A DNA stretch of 64,000 bases from Actinomycetota bacterium (GCA_039795495.1 JBDKLT010000075.1:20153-84152), one strand, 5' to 3'; shown: positions 39,460 through 51,933, numbered from the stretch's first letter. The notes: generated from the sequence alone by a model not told the origin. Made by a program: numbers and translations.

Positions 39460-42400
39460 TAACGTTTCAACCAATCTTGAATAGGTGCAACAACCAAATC
39501 TCCGGCTTGGAGTGCTTTGATTCCCTCGACAGCGGCGCTAAAACCAGCAGTGGTTGTGATAATCGGGATCGATCGCTGAACCGCGGCTGTACGTATAGCC
39601 CAACCATCGGCTCTCGTTCCACGCCCTACGGGAGTATTAATTACCAGATCGATATCGCCAGCATTGAGCATCTCAACAATCGTCTTCTCGCCCAGTGGGC
39701 CGGTTCCTTGAGAATTTTTGCGAACAACTGTTGTAGCAACCCCGTGTTCAGCCAAGAAGGAAGAGGTACCTTCAGTTGCCAACAACCTGAAACCTAATTG
39801 AGATAAGCCCTGAGCTGGTGCAATTCCCTGCTTCTTATCCTTATCGGCAAGCGAAATGAAAACCGTTCCGGTACGCGGCAGCGGACCGAAGGAACTAATT
39901 TGAGATTTAGCGTATGACTCACCAAAAGTCGAAGCGATACCCATGACTTCCCCAGTAGATCGCATCTCTGGTCCTAGAACTGCATCAACGCCTCGACCAT
40001 CAGCACGACGGAAACGATTCCAAGGCAGAACCGCCTCTTTCACACTGATGCCTTTGGCCACGGCATCTCCTTGCGATGGAAGTACCCCCTCATCTCTTAG
40101 TTGTTGAATTGATGAGCCAAGCGAAATTCGTGCAGCCGCCTTCGCTAGTGGAACTCCAGTCGCTTTGCTCACGAATGGAACTGTTCGTGATGCTCGAGGA
40201 TTAGCTTCCAATACATAGAGAGTGTGATCTGCCATAGCAAATTGAATATTGATAAGACCGGATACCCCAACACCTCGGGCGATCTTCAAGGTTGCTTCTC
40301 GAATATTTTCGCGCTGCGATTCGGAGATTGTCATCGCTGGCAATACACACGCTGAATCGCCAGAGTGAATTCCCGCTTCTTCGATATGTTCCATGATTCC
40401 ACCTAAGAAGAGCTCATTGCCATCAAAGAGAGCATCTACATCGAGCTCAATTGCTGAATCGAGAAATCTATCTACCAATACTGGATGATCCGGAGTGATA
40501 TCAGTTGCTCTTGAGATAAATCCCGAGAGAGCTTCATCATCGTAAACAATCTCCATGCCACGACCACCAAGAACAAAGCTTGGGCGAACCAGAACTGGAT
40601 AACCAATTCGATGGGCAATGTCGAGCGCCTCCATCTGCGAAGAAGCCATTCCGAACTCCGGCGCAGTTAAGCCCTGGCTCTTAAGAACATCTCCAAATGC
40701 TCCACGCTCTTCAGCCAAATTGATTGCATCTGGTGAAGTTCCCAGAATAGTAACTCCTGCTGCTTTCAAACCAGCAGCCAGGCCCAGAGGAGTTTGTCCA
40801 CCGAGTTGAGTGATTACTCCAAGAACTGGACCTGCCTGCATTTCTGCATGCACAACTTCGAGTACATCTTCCAAGGTGAGAGGCTCGAAATAGAGTCGAT
40901 CTGAAGTGTCATAGTCGGTTGAAACAGTCTCAGGATTGCAGTTAATCATTACTGTCTCATACTCAGCAGCGCGAAGAGTAAAGGATGCGTGCACACAGGA
41001 ATAATCAAACTCAATTCCTTGACCGATTCTATTTGGTCCGCTTCCAAGGATAATTACAGCAGGCTTGGTGCGACTTCTTACCTCAGTCTCTTCTTCATAT
41101 GTTGAATAATGATAAGGAGTGAAAGCCTCAAACTCGGCAGCACATGTATCAACTGTCTTATAGACAGGGCGAAGATTAAATTGATAGCGGGCCCTACGTA
41201 CATCTTCCTCTGATATTGAACGTATGGAAGCGATCTGTGCATCGCTAAAGCCCATCTTCTTTCCTTCGGCCAGAATCTCAAGGCTTAATTCTCCAGGGGT
41301 AGCCAAATGACGCGCACATTCATTGATGAGATCAATCTGACGAAGGAACCAGCGATCAATCTTTGTAGCGTTGAATGCTTCATCGATAGTGGCCCCCAAC
41401 CACAACGACCGCTGAACCTGCTGCAGACGATATTCGGTAGGGGTCTTAGATGCTTCAAGGAGAGCAGTTTTCTCATTTTCTGACTTTGCAGGATTGAAGA
41501 CGAAAATTGCTTCTTTACGTTCTAGTGAACGAAGTGCCTTCATAAGGGCTTCGGGGAACGAGCGACCTATAGCCATCGCTTCGCCAACGCTCTTCATTGT
41601 GGTGGTGAGTCGAGGATCAGCATCTTGGAATTTCTCGAAGGCAAAGCGCGGAGCTTTTACGACTATGTAATCAAGTGTCGGTTCAAAAGAGGCAGGGGTT
41701 ACCTGTGTGATGTCATTCTTGATTTCGTCGAGCGTGTAACCAATTGCCAATTTCGTTGCAATTTTGGCTATTGGAAAACCTGTTGCCTTGGATGCCAATG
41801 CGCTTGAGCGAGAAACTCGCGGATTCATCTCAATTACGATGATACGACCATTGTCGGGATTAACAGCAAACTGAATGTTGCAACCACCTGTATCAACACC
41901 AACCTCTCGGATGATTGAGATAGATAGATCTCGAAGCTTCTGAAACTCGACATCTGTCAGTGTGAGCGCTGGGGCAACAGTGATTGAATCGCCGGTGTGC
42001 ACACCCATAGGATCGATATTTTCAATGCTACAGACAATGACAACATTGTCTGCCTTGTCGCGCATAACCTCGAGCTCATACTCTTTCCATCCAATGATTG
42101 ATTCTTCAATCAATACTTCTGAAGTCGGACTGTGTCGCAAGCCCGCACCTGCGATCTGTCGGAGTGTTTCTTCATCAAAAGCAATACCCGAACCAAGACC
42201 ACCCATTGTGAATGACGGACGAATAACAACTGGATAATTAAGTTGCGCAACTGCTGAAAGGACATCATCTATCGTGTGACAGATTATTGAACGTGCCGAT
42301 TCACCCCCAACTTTTTCGACGATTGCTCTAAAGAGCTCTCGATTTTCACCGCGTTCAATCGCATCAACATCGGCGCCGATTAGTTTTACACCATACTTCT

Positions 42401-42725
42401 GCAACGTTCCGGCCTGATATAGGCCAATCGCAGCATTGAGCGCTGTCTGTCCACCTAATGTAGCTAGAACCGCATCAGGTCTCTCTTTATCAATAATGCG
42501 TTCAATGAATTCAGGAGTGATCGGTTCTATATAGGTAGCATCAGCAAATTCAGGATCGGTCATAATTGTTGCAGGATTCGAATTCACAAGAATCACACGT
42601 ATACCTTCGGCACGAAGGACTCTGCATGCTTGAGTACCTGAATAATCGAATTCACAAGCCTGACCAATAACAATGGGTCCAGAACCAATGACAAGTACGC
42701 TCTTTATCGATTCGTCGCGCGCCAT
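39459..42725 (-). CDS. carB: Carbamoyl-phosphate synthase large subunit
   Basis: [18 protein letters not shown], duplicated ATP-grasp domains, C-terminal MGS domain. Confidence 0.99.
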   Translation of the reverse strand: MARDESIKSVLVIGSGPIVIGQACEFDYSGTQACRVLRAEGIRVILVNSNPATIMTDPEFADATYIEPITPEFIERIIDKERPDAVLATLGGQTALNAAIGLYQAGTLQKYGVKLIGADVDAIERGENRELFRAIVEKVGGESARSIICHTIDDVLSAVAQLNYPVVIRPSFTMGGLGSGIAFDEETLRQIAGAGLRHSPTSEVLIEESIIGWKEYELEVMRDKADNVVIVCSIENIDPMGVHTGDSITVAPALTLTDVEFQKLRDLSISIIREVGVDTGGCNIQFAVNPDNGRIIVIEMNPRVSRSSALASKATGFPIAKIATKLAIGYTLDEIKNDITQVTPASFEPTLDYIVVKAPRFAFEKFQDADPRLTTTMKSVGEAMAIGRSFPEALMKALRSLERKEAIFVFNPAKSENEKTALLEASKTPTEYRLQQVQRSLWLGATIDEAFNATKIDRWFLRQIDLINECARHLATPGELSLEILAEGKKMGFSDAQIASIRSISEEDVRRARYQFNLRPVYKTVDTCAAEFEAFTPYHYSTYEEETEVRSRTKPAVIILGSGPNRIGQGIEFDYSCVHASFTLRAAEYETVMINCNPETVSTDYDTSDRLYFEPLTLEDVLEVVHAEMQAGPVLGVITQLGGQTPLGLAAGLKAAGVTILGTSPDAINLAEERGAFGDVLKSQGLTAPEFGMASSQMEALDIAHRIGYPVLVRPSFVLGGRGMEIVYDDEALSGFISRATDITPDHPVLVDRFLDSAIELDVDALFDGNELFLGGIMEHIEEAGIHSGDSACVLPAMTISESQRENIREATLKIARGVGVSGLINIQFAMADHTLYVLEANPRASRTVPFVSKATGVPLAKAAARISLGSSIQQLRDEGVLPSQGDAVAKGISVKEAVLPWNRFRRADGRGVDAVLGPEMRSTGEVMGIASTFGESYAKSQISSFGPLPRTGTVFISLADKDKKQGIAPAQGLSQLGFRLLATEGTSSFLAEHGVATTVVRKNSQGTGPLGEKTIVEMLNAGDIDLVINTPVGRGTRADGWAIRTAAVQRSIPIITTTAGFSAAVEGIKALQAGDLVVAPIQDWLKR

Positions 42726-43852
42726 TAATTGACCTCTACTTTGCGTGGATATCGAGTCATAACTTCTATAAATCGATCGAAGAGATAGGCCGCATCATGC
42801 GGTCCCGCCGCAGCTTCAGGGTGATACTGCACGCTAAATGCTCCCCGTTCTGAAAGTTGAAGTCCTTCAACGACACCATCATTGAGCGAAACATGTGTCA
42901 CTTGACCAGGACCGAACACAGTACTGAATGGAGCATCTATCGGAGCTTTAACTGCGAATCCATGGTTATGTGCAGTGATTTCAACCTTTCCAGTCTTGCG
43001 ATCAAGAACCGGTTGATTAATTCCTCGATGCCCAAATTGCAATTTATATGTTTCAAACCCGAGCGCTCTACCGAGAATTTGATGCCCGAAACAGATTCCA
43101 AAGATCGGAATTTCTGCTGTGAGTACATCTCTTACCAATTCAACGATACTCGTCATAGTAGACGGGTCACCTGGTCCATTTGAGAGAAAAACTCCATCTG
43201 GGTGAATCTTTTCAATATCTGCAAATTTGGTGTTGTAAGGCATGACATGAACTTCGATGCCACGTTCTGCCATTGCGCGAGGTGTAGCACCCTTAATACC
43301 TAAATCAATAGCAGCAACTGTAAATTTCTTTTCACCGATAGCCGGTACTACGTAGGTGTTTGACGTCGAAACATCGTCGCTGAGATATGCACCAGCCATA
43401 CCTTCTTGCTTGCGGACTTCGATAACCATCTCTTCACGTGAAAGTTCTAATCCAGAGAAGATGCCAACACGCATTGCTCCGCGATCTCGTAAATGACGTG
43501 TAATTGCTCGTGTATCAACACCTTGAATACCGACAATCCCCTGATTGATGAGTTCGGCCTCGAGGTCATTCTCACTTCGCCAGTTGCTAGTGATTGTCGA
43601 TGGATTACGTACAACAAATCCTGCGACCCAATATTTCCGCGACTCATTGTCAAAGGAGTTAACTCCTGTATTGCCAATATGTGGCGCGGTCATAACCACA
43701 ATTTGCTTATGATATGAAGGATCCGTAAGAGTCTCTTGATAACCAGTCATGCCTGTTTGGAAAACCGCTTCACCGAAGGTTTTGCCTGTAGCAGCCCACG
43801 AAGAACCTTCAAAGATTCTTCCATCATCCAATACGAGGAAAGCCTTACTCAT
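42725..43852 (-). CDS. carA: Carbamoyl-phosphate synthase small subunit
   Basis: [34 protein letters not shown]. Confidence 0.99.
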   Translation of the reverse strand: MSKAFLVLDDGRIFEGSSWAATGKTFGEAVFQTGMTGYQETLTDPSYHKQIVVMTAPHIGNTGVNSFDNESRKYWVAGFVVRNPSTITSNWRSENDLEAELINQGIVGIQGVDTRAITRHLRDRGAMRVGIFSGLELSREEMVIEVRKQEGMAGAYLSDDVSTSNTYVVPAIGEKKFTVAAIDLGIKGATPRAMAERGIEVHVMPYNTKFADIEKIHPDGVFLSNGPGDPSTMTSIVELVRDVLTAEIPIFGICFGHQILGRALGFETYKLQFGHRGINQPVLDRKTGKVEITAHNHGFAVKAPIDAPFSTVFGPGQVTHVSLNDGVVEGLQLSERGAFSVQYHPEAAAGPHDAAYLFDRFIEVMTRYPRKVEVN

Positions 43853-45135
43853 CGACTGCTCCCTTCGTAAACAACCTGGCCGTTAAAGATTGTTGCGCTT
43901 ACTCGACCAAGTAACTCCATGCCATGGAACGGAGTATTGCGGCTACGTGAGGCTACTAGGTCTCTGTCGACGCGGTAAGCCTCCGTCGGATTTATCACAG
44001 TGAGGTGGGCGGGAGCGCCGACTTCAATTCCGCGCCCTTGATTCTCATAGAGTCCAATTCGAGCTGGTGCAACGCTCATCCGTTCTGCTACCTGAGACCA
44101 ATTCATCAACCCGGTCGACACCATAGTTTGATTGACAATACTGAGTGCTGTCTCAAGTCCTAGCATTCCAAATGATGCTTCTTGCCATTCGCACTCTTTA
44201 CTTTCAGCAGGATGAGGAGCGTGATCAGTTGCGACAATATCAATAGTGCCATCAGCTAGCGCCTCACGAAGAGCCATGACATCGCGTTCAGTTCGTAGAG
44301 GTGGATTCACTTTGAAAATTGGGTCATAACTCTTCGCATAATCATCGGTCAGTAACAAGTGATGAGGCGTGACTTCTGCGGTAACACTAATTCCACGAGC
44401 CTTTGCCCATCGAATAATCTCGACTCCTCCAGCTGTAGTCAGATGGCAGATATGCAATCTAGATTGAACGTGATCTGCAAGGAGAACATCCCTAGCAATA
44501 ATTGACTCTTCAGCAATTGCAGGCCATCCCTTAAGACCTAACTGCGAAGAAATTACTCCCTCGTTCATTTGTGAACCTTGCGTTAAGCGAGGTTCTTGGG
44601 CATGTTGCGCGATGACACCATCAAACTTCTTCACATACTCAAGGGCTCTTCGCATGACTAAAGGATCGAAAACGCAGTGGCCGTCATCGCTAAAGACGCG
44701 AACACGAGCAACTGAGTCCGCCATGGCACCAATCTCAGCAAGATGCTCACCTTCGAGACCACGAGTTACCGCACCAATCGGAAAAACATCGAGTAGACCT
44801 GCTTCTTGACCTAATCTAAAAACTTGTTCCACTACTCCCGCAGTATCTGCAACTGGCGATGTATTGGCCATTGCGCTGAGCGCAGTGAATCCGCCTCTTA
44901 CCCCTGCACGCGAACCCGAGAGAACTGTTTCAGCATCTTCTTTACCCGGCTCGCGTAAATGTGTGTGGAGATCTACCAAGCCTGGAAGAATCACCGAATC
45001 AACTGCGCTTACCTCGAGAGCATCCTTAACATCAATCTTTGAAGAAATCTCGGAAATAACACCATCTCGAATGTGGATGTCTCTCTTTGATCCATCGGGA
45101 AGGGTTCCACCAGAGATAACAATGTTTTGATTCAT
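43849..45135 (-). CDS. pyrC: Dihydroorotase
   Basis: [30 protein letters not shown]. Confidence 0.97.
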   Translation of the reverse strand: MNQNIVISGGTLPDGSKRDIHIRDGVISEISSKIDVKDALEVSAVDSVILPGLVDLHTHLREPGKEDAETVLSGSRAGVRGGFTALSAMANTSPVADTAGVVEQVFRLGQEAGLLDVFPIGAVTRGLEGEHLAEIGAMADSVARVRVFSDDGHCVFDPLVMRRALEYVKKFDGVIAQHAQEPRLTQGSQMNEGVISSQLGLKGWPAIAEESIIARDVLLADHVQSRLHICHLTTAGGVEIIRWAKARGISVTAEVTPHHLLLTDDYAKSYDPIFKVNPPLRTERDVMALREALADGTIDIVATDHAPHPAESKECEWQEASFGMLGLETALSIVNQTMVSTGLMNWSQVAERMSVAPARIGLYENQGRGIEVGAPAHLTVINPTEAYRVDRDLVASRSRNTPFHGMELLGRVSATIFNGQVVYEGSSR

Positions 45136-46079
45136 AGTGCGATTCCTGTCTCATGAGATCCAGCCAAAAGAAGGTAGAGAATGGCCATTCGAACGCTCAC
45201 ACCGTTGGTGACCTGTTCAAGAATGACAGACCTAGCGCTATCTGCACTCTCGGCAGTGATTTCAAGGCCTCGATTCATCGGACCTGGGTGCATCACAATT
45301 GATGAAGGTTTCATACGAGAGAGACGATCCTTATCAAGACCGAAGTATCGAGAGTACTCACGAGCATTAGGGAGGAAGAGTTCAGTCATACGCTCGAGTT
45401 GAACTCTGAGCATCATGACTACATCAACTGTTTCGATAATCGCGTCAAAGTCATACGAGATGGTAACCGGCCACGATTCCACTCCAACAGGTAAGAGAGT
45501 TGGTGGAGAAACTAGAGTTACGTGAGCACCCAACTTTGTGAGAAGGAGAACATTAGAACGCGCTACTCGAGAGTGAAGGACATCTCCCACTATTGCAACT
45601 CGAATTCCCGATAGATCTTCGCTCCCCTTTGCAAGGTGTCTGCGAATAGTAAAAGAATCTAAAAGCGCTTGGCTTGGATGTTCATGTGTTCCATCCCCTG
45701 CATTGATGACAGATCCAGTCATCCATTGATTATCAGCCAATCTTTGCGCAGCTCCTGAAGCGCTATGACGAATAATGACCGCATCTGCTCCCATTGCTTG
45801 AAGTGTCTGAGCTGTATCTTTGAGAGATTCACCCTTACTCACGCTCGAACCTTTTGCGGAGAAATTAATGACATCTGCAGAGAGACGCTTTGCTGCCGCT
45901 TCAAAAGAGATTCGTGTTCTTGTTGAATCCTCTGCAAAGAGATTAACTATGGTGCGACCTCGCAAAGTAGGTAGCTTCTTCATCGGACCATCAGAAACTC
46001 TCATCAGCTCTTCTGCGGTATCGAGGATTTGAATGGCCTCTGACTTTGATAGATCTGCAATCGAGAGAAGATGACGCAC
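45132..46079 (-). CDS. pyrB: Aspartate carbamoyltransferase catalytic subunit
   Basis: [29 protein letters not shown]. Confidence 0.98.
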   Translation of the reverse strand: MRHLLSIADLSKSEAIQILDTAEELMRVSDGPMKKLPTLRGRTIVNLFAEDSTRTRISFEAAAKRLSADVINFSAKGSSVSKGESLKDTAQTLQAMGADAVIIRHSASGAAQRLADNQWMTGSVINAGDGTHEHPSQALLDSFTIRRHLAKGSEDLSGIRVAIVGDVLHSRVARSNVLLLTKLGAHVTLVSPPTLLPVGVESWPVTISYDFDAIIETVDVVMMLRVQLERMTELFLPNAREYSRYFGLDKDRLSRMKPSSIVMHPGPMNRGLEITAESADSARSVILEQVTNGVSVRMAILYLLLAGSHETGIAL

Positions 46080-46612
46080 TAGATTCTCCCCTCTTCGATA
46101 GTTACTTCATCAACGCCATCTAGCTCTGAAAGATGTACTTTGATCACTTGAGTAAATGAAGTAGGGAGGTTCTTTCCGACATAATCTGCCTTGATTGGGA
46201 GCTCGCGATGTCCACGATCTACAAGAACTGCCAGTTGCACTGTCTTCGGCCGACCAATTTCTCCAAGAGCATCAAAGGCGGCGCGGATTGTGCGCCCCGA
46301 GAAGAGCACGTCATCAATCAAAACTACATCTCTATTCTCGATGCCTAATGATGGTATTCGAGTAGGCATGAGCGCACGAGGCGGACGTAATCGCAGATCA
46401 TCGCGGTGCAGAGTGATATCTAAAGTTCCATGTTGAACGCTCTTGCCCTCTATCTTTTCGATAGTTGCAGCAATACGGGCAGCAAGATGGGCGCCACGTG
46501 TGGGAATTCCGAGAAGAGTGATGGAATCTGAACCAGAGTTACGTTCGAGAATTTCATGGGAAATGCGAGTAATCGCACGCGCCATATCGGCAGCAGGCAG
46601 AGCAAGGCTCAT
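46079..46612 (-). CDS. pyrR: Bifunctional pyr operon regulator / UPRTase
   Basis: [39 protein letters not shown]. Confidence 0.97.
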   Translation of the reverse strand: MSLALPAADMARAITRISHEILERNSGSDSITLLGIPTRGAHLAARIAATIEKIEGKSVQHGTLDITLHRDDLRLRPPRALMPTRIPSLGIENRDVVLIDDVLFSGRTIRAAFDALGEIGRPKTVQLAVLVDRGHRELPIKADYVGKNLPTSFTQVIKVHLSELDGVDEVTIEEGRI

Positions 46613-46620
46613 TGTGAAAC

Positions 46621-46656
46621 TCCTTCCCCACCTCTCTGGATGGGTTGTTAAAGGAA
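46621..46656 (-). promoter_or_regulatory. PyrR-binding RNA stem-loop sequestering the pyrR Shine-Dalgarno
   Basis: Minus strand TTCCTTTAACAACCCATCCAGAGAGGTGGGGAAGGA(G) contains the conserved CUUUAA and UCCAGAGAGG elements. UCCUU pairs with AAGGA of the SD. A -10 TAGACT lies at 46669-46664. Confidence 0.88.
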
Positions 46657-46737
46657 CGGCCGGAGTCTAGCACTTTAGTCAGTCCATCTGTGGATAGGGA
46701 TGAGAACGCAAGCCTGTGCCTACATAGCGTTGGCTAC

Positions 46738-47238
46738 ATGACTACAGAACTAGGAATGACTGATATCACCGCACGCTTAAGAGCTATACGCCTCTCCAAA
46801 TCCTTATCGCTCAATGACGTTGAAATCCTTAGCAACGGGCAGCTGAAGGCGGTAGTTCTTGGCTCCTATGAACGAGGGGCTCGGACCCTGAGTGTGAAGC
46901 GCGCGCTCTACATTTCGCAGCTATATGGGGTCCCACTGGAGATGATTTTTTCTCAAGACAAACCTGTCCAAATATTTCGTCAGGGAAATCTCATTCTTGA
47001 CCTGCGGAGAGTCAACCGCCTCTTTCAACACCAAAGCAGTAGTACTGATAATCGGTTTACCGCAATTGCACGATTTGCACGCCATGTAACTCACTCGCGA
47101 CAAGACTGGAATGGAGAAGTTCTATCTATCCGAGAGGATGATCTTCCAACGATTTCACTGATGGCGGATATGACCATTTCAGAGACGATTACATGGATGG
47201 AAGAAGACCAAATATTGCTCAGAAAGCGAGAGCGCTAG
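46738..47238 (+). CDS. bldD: BldD-like XRE regulator with c-di-GMP-binding C-terminal domain
   Basis: RLRAIR..KSLSL..VE, KAVVLGSYERG.R, YGVP, LILDL, RQDWNGEVLSIREDDL. Divergent from pyrR and next to nusB as in actinomycetes. -10 TAGCGT + 7 nt + ATG 46738. Confidence 0.85.
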   Translation: MTTELGMTDITARLRAIRLSKSLSLNDVEILSNGQLKAVVLGSYERGARTLSVKRALYISQLYGVPLEMIFSQDKPVQIFRQGNLILDLRRVNRLFQHQSSSTDNRFTAIARFARHVTHSRQDWNGEVLSIREDDLPTISLMADMTISETITWMEEDQILLRKRER

Positions 47239-47657
47239 TTAGCGATGCTCTCCTTAATCGACGAGATGCGACCAAGAACGCCATGGATAAAGCCAGCAGA
47301 ATCTTCAGTCGAAAGTTCTTTTGCGAGTGTAAGCGCCTCGTCAATCGCGATGGCATCATCCAAGTCTTTGTTCCAGACGATTTCATAGATTGCAAGTCGA
47401 AGAATATTTCGATCAACGGCCGGAAGACGGTCCATATCCCAACCTTGGGCATACGTTGCAATTAACTCATCAATCTTGCGCTTATTGACCGAAACGCCGG
47501 ATATCAACTCTCTCGTGAAATCGCGAATCGGGCGAGCATCGGGCCCTTCTTCTACAAAATCGCGATTGGCAAGAAGATCACTTGCTGCGACGCCGCGAAT
47601 ATCAGCTTCATAGAGCAGATCCAGAGTCTGCTTTCGCGCCTTACTGCGAGCAGACAC
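47235..47657 (-). CDS. nusB: Transcription antitermination factor NusB
   Basis: ARSKARK, W.MDRLPAVDRNILR, DEA..LAKELST, FIHGVL. Confidence 0.97.
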   Translation of the reverse strand: MSARSKARKQTLDLLYEADIRGVAASDLLANRDFVEEGPDARPIRDFTRELISGVSVNKRKIDELIATYAQGWDMDRLPAVDRNILRLAIYEIVWNKDLDDAIAIDEALTLAKELSTEDSAGFIHGVLGRISSIKESIAN

Positions 47658-48217
47658 TAGTTAGCGCGACCCTGATATGAACCATCTCGAGTGTCAACTA
47701 GAACAACCTCATCTTGCTTAATGAAGAGTGGTACCTGGATCTGAATACCTGTTTCAACGGTTGCCGGCTTAGTCCCACCAGATGAACGATCACCTTGTAG
47801 GCCCGGTTCGGTGTAAGTAATCTTGAGAGGTACAGATGCAGGAAGTTCAATATAGAGCGGGTTTCCTTCGTGGATTGCAACAATAGCCTCTGTATTTTCA
47901 AGCATGTAATTTGCAGCTTCACCAACAGTTGCCGCTGAAATTGTCATCTGATCGAAGTTAACGTTATCCATGAATACGAAATCATCGCCTTCCTTGTAGA
48001 GGAAGTTCATTTCTCGCTTTTCGAGAACCGCGATCTCAACTTTTACTCCAGCGTTGAAAGTTTTGTCGACAACTTTGCCGGTCATAACTTGCTTCAACTT
48101 TGTGCGGACGAATGCAGGACCTTTACCTGGCTTTACATGCTGAAATTCAACAACTGTCCACAACTGACCTTCGATATCTAGGGTCATGCCATTCTTGAGA
48201 TCATTTGTTGTTGCCAC
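47657..48217 (-). CDS. efp: Elongation factor P
   Basis: [31 protein letters not shown]. Confidence 0.98.
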   Translation of the reverse strand: MATTNDLKNGMTLDIEGQLWTVVEFQHVKPGKGPAFVRTKLKQVMTGKVVDKTFNAGVKVEIAVLEKREMNFLYKEGDDFVFMDNVNFDQMTISAATVGEAANYMLENTEAIVAIHEGNPLYIELPASVPLKITYTEPGLQGDRSSGGTKPATVETGIQIQVPLFIKQDEVVLVDTRDGSYQGRAN

Positions 48218-48281
48218 GGAAACTCCACTTCATGTCTTCGCCCATCGAAGATCAATAGGACGCTGAGTTTACCGTATGAAA

Positions 48282-48713
48282 TTATGCTACTAGCGCCTTG
48301 AGCGCAATCAGAGCTAATACATAGGAGTTCGGGCCAAATCCGCCGATTGTTCCGTTTGCAACACCTGATATCACTGATGTGTGACGGAATTCCTCGCGTG
48401 CCATCGGATTTGAAAGATGAACTTCAATAAGTGGTGCCTTTACCAATTCTGCTGCATCTCGGATCGCGTAAGAATAATGTGTGAAAGCTGCCGGATTGAT
48501 GATCACCGGAGTATTTGTATCGGCAGCAGAATGAAGCCACCCGATTATTTCTGATTCATCATTACTCTGTCGCACATCTGCCTCAAATCCATGCGTCTTT
48601 GCCGCAGATTCAATATGTGCGACCAATTGAGGATATGTCATATCACCGTAAATCGACGAATCCCGAATATCTAGTCGGGCGAGATTAGGGCCGTTAATAA
48701 CCATTACCTTCAT
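48282..48713 (-). CDS. aroQ: Type II 3-dehydroquinate dehydratase
   Basis: NGPNL, QSNDE, INPAAFTHYS, EVHLSN..AREEFRH. Confidence 0.96.
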   Translation of the reverse strand: MKVMVINGPNLARLDIRDSSIYGDMTYPQLVAHIESAAKTHGFEADVRQSNDESEIIGWLHSAADTNTPVIINPAAFTHYSYAIRDAAELVKAPLIEVHLSNPMAREEFRHTSVISGVANGTIGGFGPNSYVLALIALKALVA

Positions 48714-49765
48714 GAACGAAGCCTCTCATATGCCTTGACCATCTCGCTCTCGATTGGATTCTCGAGCCGCTGTGTCTTTCCGGGTTCTGAAATTGCAACG
48801 AATCTCAAGGTGCCTGATCGATTCTTCTTATCCAACTTCATAGCCGAAAAGAGTTCTGGCCATTCTGCCCCAGCATAAGAGACTGGAAGTTCCAATTGTT
48901 GGAGTATCTCCACATGCAAATTTCGAGTTTCACTTGAAATAATTCCAAGCTGTTCTGAAAGATTTGCGATAAAGACCATTCCAATAGAGACGCACTCACC
49001 ATGTCGAAGCGAGTAGCGAGAAATAAGCTCAACAGCATGCCCAAAGGTATGCCCGTAGTTGAGAATTTCACGATCAAAACTCTCCCTAAAATCTCCCGAC
49101 ACTACCTGGCTCTTGACCGAAATTGATTTCTCAATAAGCGAGGTAGTCAGATCAGATGATCTGATGACTTCATCGAGAGACTTACCATTAATAAGCGTCA
49201 AAATCGTTGTATCTGAAATGAATCCAGTCTTAACCACCTCAGCGAGCCCTGCTGCAAAATCTCGCCGCGAAAGGGTTGATAGCCACGATTGATCGACGAT
49301 CACGCATATAGGTGAATGAAACGCACCAATGAGATTCTTTCCGTAATCGCTATTGATTCCCGTCTTACCACCAATAGCCGCATCAACCATTCCTGCAACA
49401 GTTGTTGGTACTGCAATCCAATCAATACCTCGTGACCATGTCGCAGCAACAAACCCCGCAAAATCGGTTATTGCTCCCCCACCAATGCCTACGACCAAAT
49501 CACTTCTTGTGAATCCAGCTGCGCCTAACCAATTCCAAGCGTTCTGCAGAACCTTAGAGGACTTGCCATCCTCTCCATCTGGGATTGGGAAGTAAAAGAA
49601 TTCGGCAGCGCCTGAGGAGAATTGAGGGATTTTTTCGTGCATCTTTTCGCTAAAGAAGATTGCAACTCGTTCTCGATGCGCTGATAGTGATATCAATTGA
49701 TCTTTGAAATCGACATCTATGAGAACTTCATAATTATTCTCGGCGTTAACGTGAATCGACTTCAT
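48710..49765 (-). CDS. aroB: 3-dehydroquinate synthase
   Basis: GGGAITD, PTT, DAAIGGKTGIN, LNYGHT, HGE. Confidence 0.96.
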   Translation of the reverse strand: MKSIHVNAENNYEVLIDVDFKDQLISLSAHRERVAIFFSEKMHEKIPQFSSGAAEFFYFPIPDGEDGKSSKVLQNAWNWLGAAGFTRSDLVVGIGGGAITDFAGFVAATWSRGIDWIAVPTTVAGMVDAAIGGKTGINSDYGKNLIGAFHSPICVIVDQSWLSTLSRRDFAAGLAEVVKTGFISDTTILTLINGKSLDEVIRSSDLTTSLIEKSISVKSQVVSGDFRESFDREILNYGHTFGHAVELISRYSLRHGECVSIGMVFIANLSEQLGIISSETRNLHVEILQQLELPVSYAGAEWPELFSAMKLDKKNRSGTLRFVAISEPGKTQRLENPIESEMVKAYERLRS

Positions 49766-50268
49766 TCAATCTCCTTAAGAATCTCAGAGACAATTTCAGA
49801 TTCAGATCTACCATTCACATCAATAACAGTATCGGCGATCGACTGATAGATAGGTCTACGCTCTTGCATCAAAGTCTCCCATTGACCCCGAGGATTACTG
49901 AGTAGCAATGGTCGATCTCGGTTGAAACCAATACGTGGGGCGACGGATGCCAGCGAAATATCTAAATAGATTACTGGAGATGCAATTGCGCGAAGCGCTG
50001 ATTGGGCATCAAAGGAGATAGGGGCTCCTCCTCCCAAGGCGAGCACAGTGTTGTCGCTTAAAAGCTCAGCGCGCAGTACCGCTTTCTCAATAACACGAAA
50101 GGAATCTTCGCCATCTTCAAGAAAAATGTCGGCGACTGTTCTACCAGTCTGTGTTTCAATCAAGTGATCAGTATCGCGAAAAGGTAATTCCAAATACTCT
50201 GCTAACAATCTACCGATGGTCGTCTTCCCAGAGCCCATTGGTCCAATCAGAATGAGTTTAGGAGCCAT
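49762..50268 (-). CDS. aroK: Shikimate kinase
   Basis: GPMGSGKTT, GEDSFR, LGGG, RPLL. Start set at ATG 50268. Confidence 0.96.
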   Translation of the reverse strand: MAPKLILIGPMGSGKTTIGRLLAEYLELPFRDTDHLIETQTGRTVADIFLEDGEDSFRVIEKAVLRAELLSDNTVLALGGGAPISFDAQSALRAIASPVIYLDISLASVAPRIGFNRDRPLLLSNPRGQWETLMQERRPIYQSIADTVIDVNGRSESEIVSEILKEIE

Positions 50269-50272
50269 CAGA

Positions 50273-51454
50273 CTATTTAAAAGATAGATTCTGCATATAG
50301 GACTGATAATTGCGGCGTACTTCTTGAACAGAATCTCCGCCAAACTTCTCCAGAACCGCTTCGGCAAGAACTAGCGCCGCCATCGCTTCGGCAACAACGC
50401 CCGCAGCAGGTACTGCACAAACATCAGAGCGCTGGTTGATTGCCTTTGCAGCTTCACCAGTCTTTACATCAATGGTGTCTAAAGCCTTCGGAACTGTTGA
50501 GATAGGTTTCATCGCAACGGATACTCTGAGAATCTCACCGTTAGACATTCCACCTTCTGTTCCGCCTGCACGATCAGTGCGACGTTGAATGTGACCATCA
50601 GGACCCCGTTCAATCTCATCATGAGCCACAGAACCTCGACGAGTTGCAGTGCGGAAGCCATCGCCGATTTCAACACCCTTGATAGCTTGAATTCCCATCA
50701 TTGCAGCAGCCAATCGCGCATCCAATCTGCGATCCCAATGCACATGAGAACCTAATCCTGGGGGCAGGTTGTACGCCAATACTTCACAGACTCCGCCGAG
50801 GGTATCTCCATCAGAATGAGCGCTCTCAATTTCTGCGATCATCGCGGAACTTGTAACAGAATCTGCGCAGCGAACTGGATCTTCGTCAATGCGCGATCTC
50901 TCATTTGATAAAGGAAGTCGATAATCATCTGGAATTCGAATAGAACCGATAGATACAACATGGCTCAAGATTTCAATACCGATAGCCTGCTTGAGGAAGT
51001 TACGAGCAATTGCGCCGAGTGCAACACGTGCCGCTGTTTCACGAGCACTCGCTCTCTCGAGAATGGGGCGAGCATCGTCGAAATCATATTTCTGCATTCC
51101 AACCAAGTCAGCATGACCAGGACGAGGACGCGATAGAGGCGCATTGCGTGCGAGATTTTCAATTTGATCCGCTGGAACAGGATCAGCTGACATCACCTTT
51201 TCCCACTTAGGCCATTCGCTATTTCCCACTTGTATGGAGATTGGTCCGCCTTGAGAAACTCCTAAGCGGACACCACCCAAGATAGTGACCTTATCTGCCT
51301 CAAAATTTTGACGCGCACCACGACCTACACCTAAGCGTCTGCGCGCAAGATGAAAATCTATATCAGCTGTGGTGATTTCAATATGGGCTGGCAGACCTTC
51401 AATGATTGCTGAAAGTGCCTGACCGTGAGATTCACCAGCTGTAATCCATCGCAT
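50273..51454 (-). CDS. aroC: Chorismate synthase
   Basis: [32 protein letters not shown]. Start set at ATG 51454. Confidence 0.98.
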   Translation of the reverse strand: MRWITAGESHGQALSAIIEGLPAHIEITTADIDFHLARRRLGVGRGARQNFEADKVTILGGVRLGVSQGGPISIQVGNSEWPKWEKVMSADPVPADQIENLARNAPLSRPRPGHADLVGMQKYDFDDARPILERASARETAARVALGAIARNFLKQAIGIEILSHVVSIGSIRIPDDYRLPLSNERSRIDEDPVRCADSVTSSAMIAEIESAHSDGDTLGGVCEVLAYNLPPGLGSHVHWDRRLDARLAAAMMGIQAIKGVEIGDGFRTATRRGSVAHDEIERGPDGHIQRRTDRAGGTEGGMSNGEILRVSVAMKPISTVPKALDTIDVKTGEAAKAINQRSDVCAVPAAGVVAEAMAALVLAEAVLEKFGGDSVQEVRRNYQSYMQNLSFK

Positions 51455-51500
51455 GTGCTTATTCTTGCAGATGGGCACTCTTTCAGGCGCCACAAAAACT

Positions 51501-51887
51501 CTATGGGTTAAGGCTTACCGCGAGAACTGCGCCACAGAGCGCTGGCGCGAATGGGATCAACGACCTCTCTTTCCGTGCGTATAAGTAATGCACCACGATA
51601 TGAATTGACGAGATGAGAGCCACGGCAATCACATAGTCGCTCAGATCTTGCTGCTTGATGAGCAGGTTTACTATCACCAGGATCAATTTTGCATCGCCAA
51701 ACCCACAGCGGGAAAGAGATGTAAAGGCTAGGACTCCAGAAAGAGATAGGAGCACAAAGGTGAGGGATCCAACTCTCTCCCCTTCCAGAAATGCTGCAAT
51801 GCATAGAATTAGGAGTGAAAAATTGGGAATCCGATGAGACCTTATGTCTTGAACCGAAATGGCAAAAAGCACAGAAATGACCAACAC
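51501..51887 (-). CDS. Short A24-family prepilin peptidase-like membrane protein
   Basis: [17 protein letters not shown] and IPFAPAL, with both catalytic Asp; aroE-aroC position as in other actinobacteria. Confidence 0.8.
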   Translation of the reverse strand: MLVISVLFAISVQDIRSHRIPNFSLLILCIAAFLEGERVGSLTFVLLSLSGVLAFTSLSRCGFGDAKLILVIVNLLIKQQDLSDYVIAVALISSIHIVVHYLYARKERSLIPFAPALCGAVLAVSLNP

Positions 51888-51933
51888 CTCTATACGGTAA
51901 CCAACCTCAGCAGTGACAGTTTTCAGCTGTGGA

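Noticed and set aside
46645-46737. N-terminal extension of bldD given by the ORF track (similar extensions for pafB, aroK, ung, ABC ATPase, DAG kinase)
   Set aside because: These extensions overlap regulatory elements or neighbouring genes; downstream starts fit homology and promoter spacing better.
51894-51918. PafBC-like TGTCACTG upstream of the prepilin peptidase
   Set aside because: Spacing to the -10 is 3 nt longer than the consensus.
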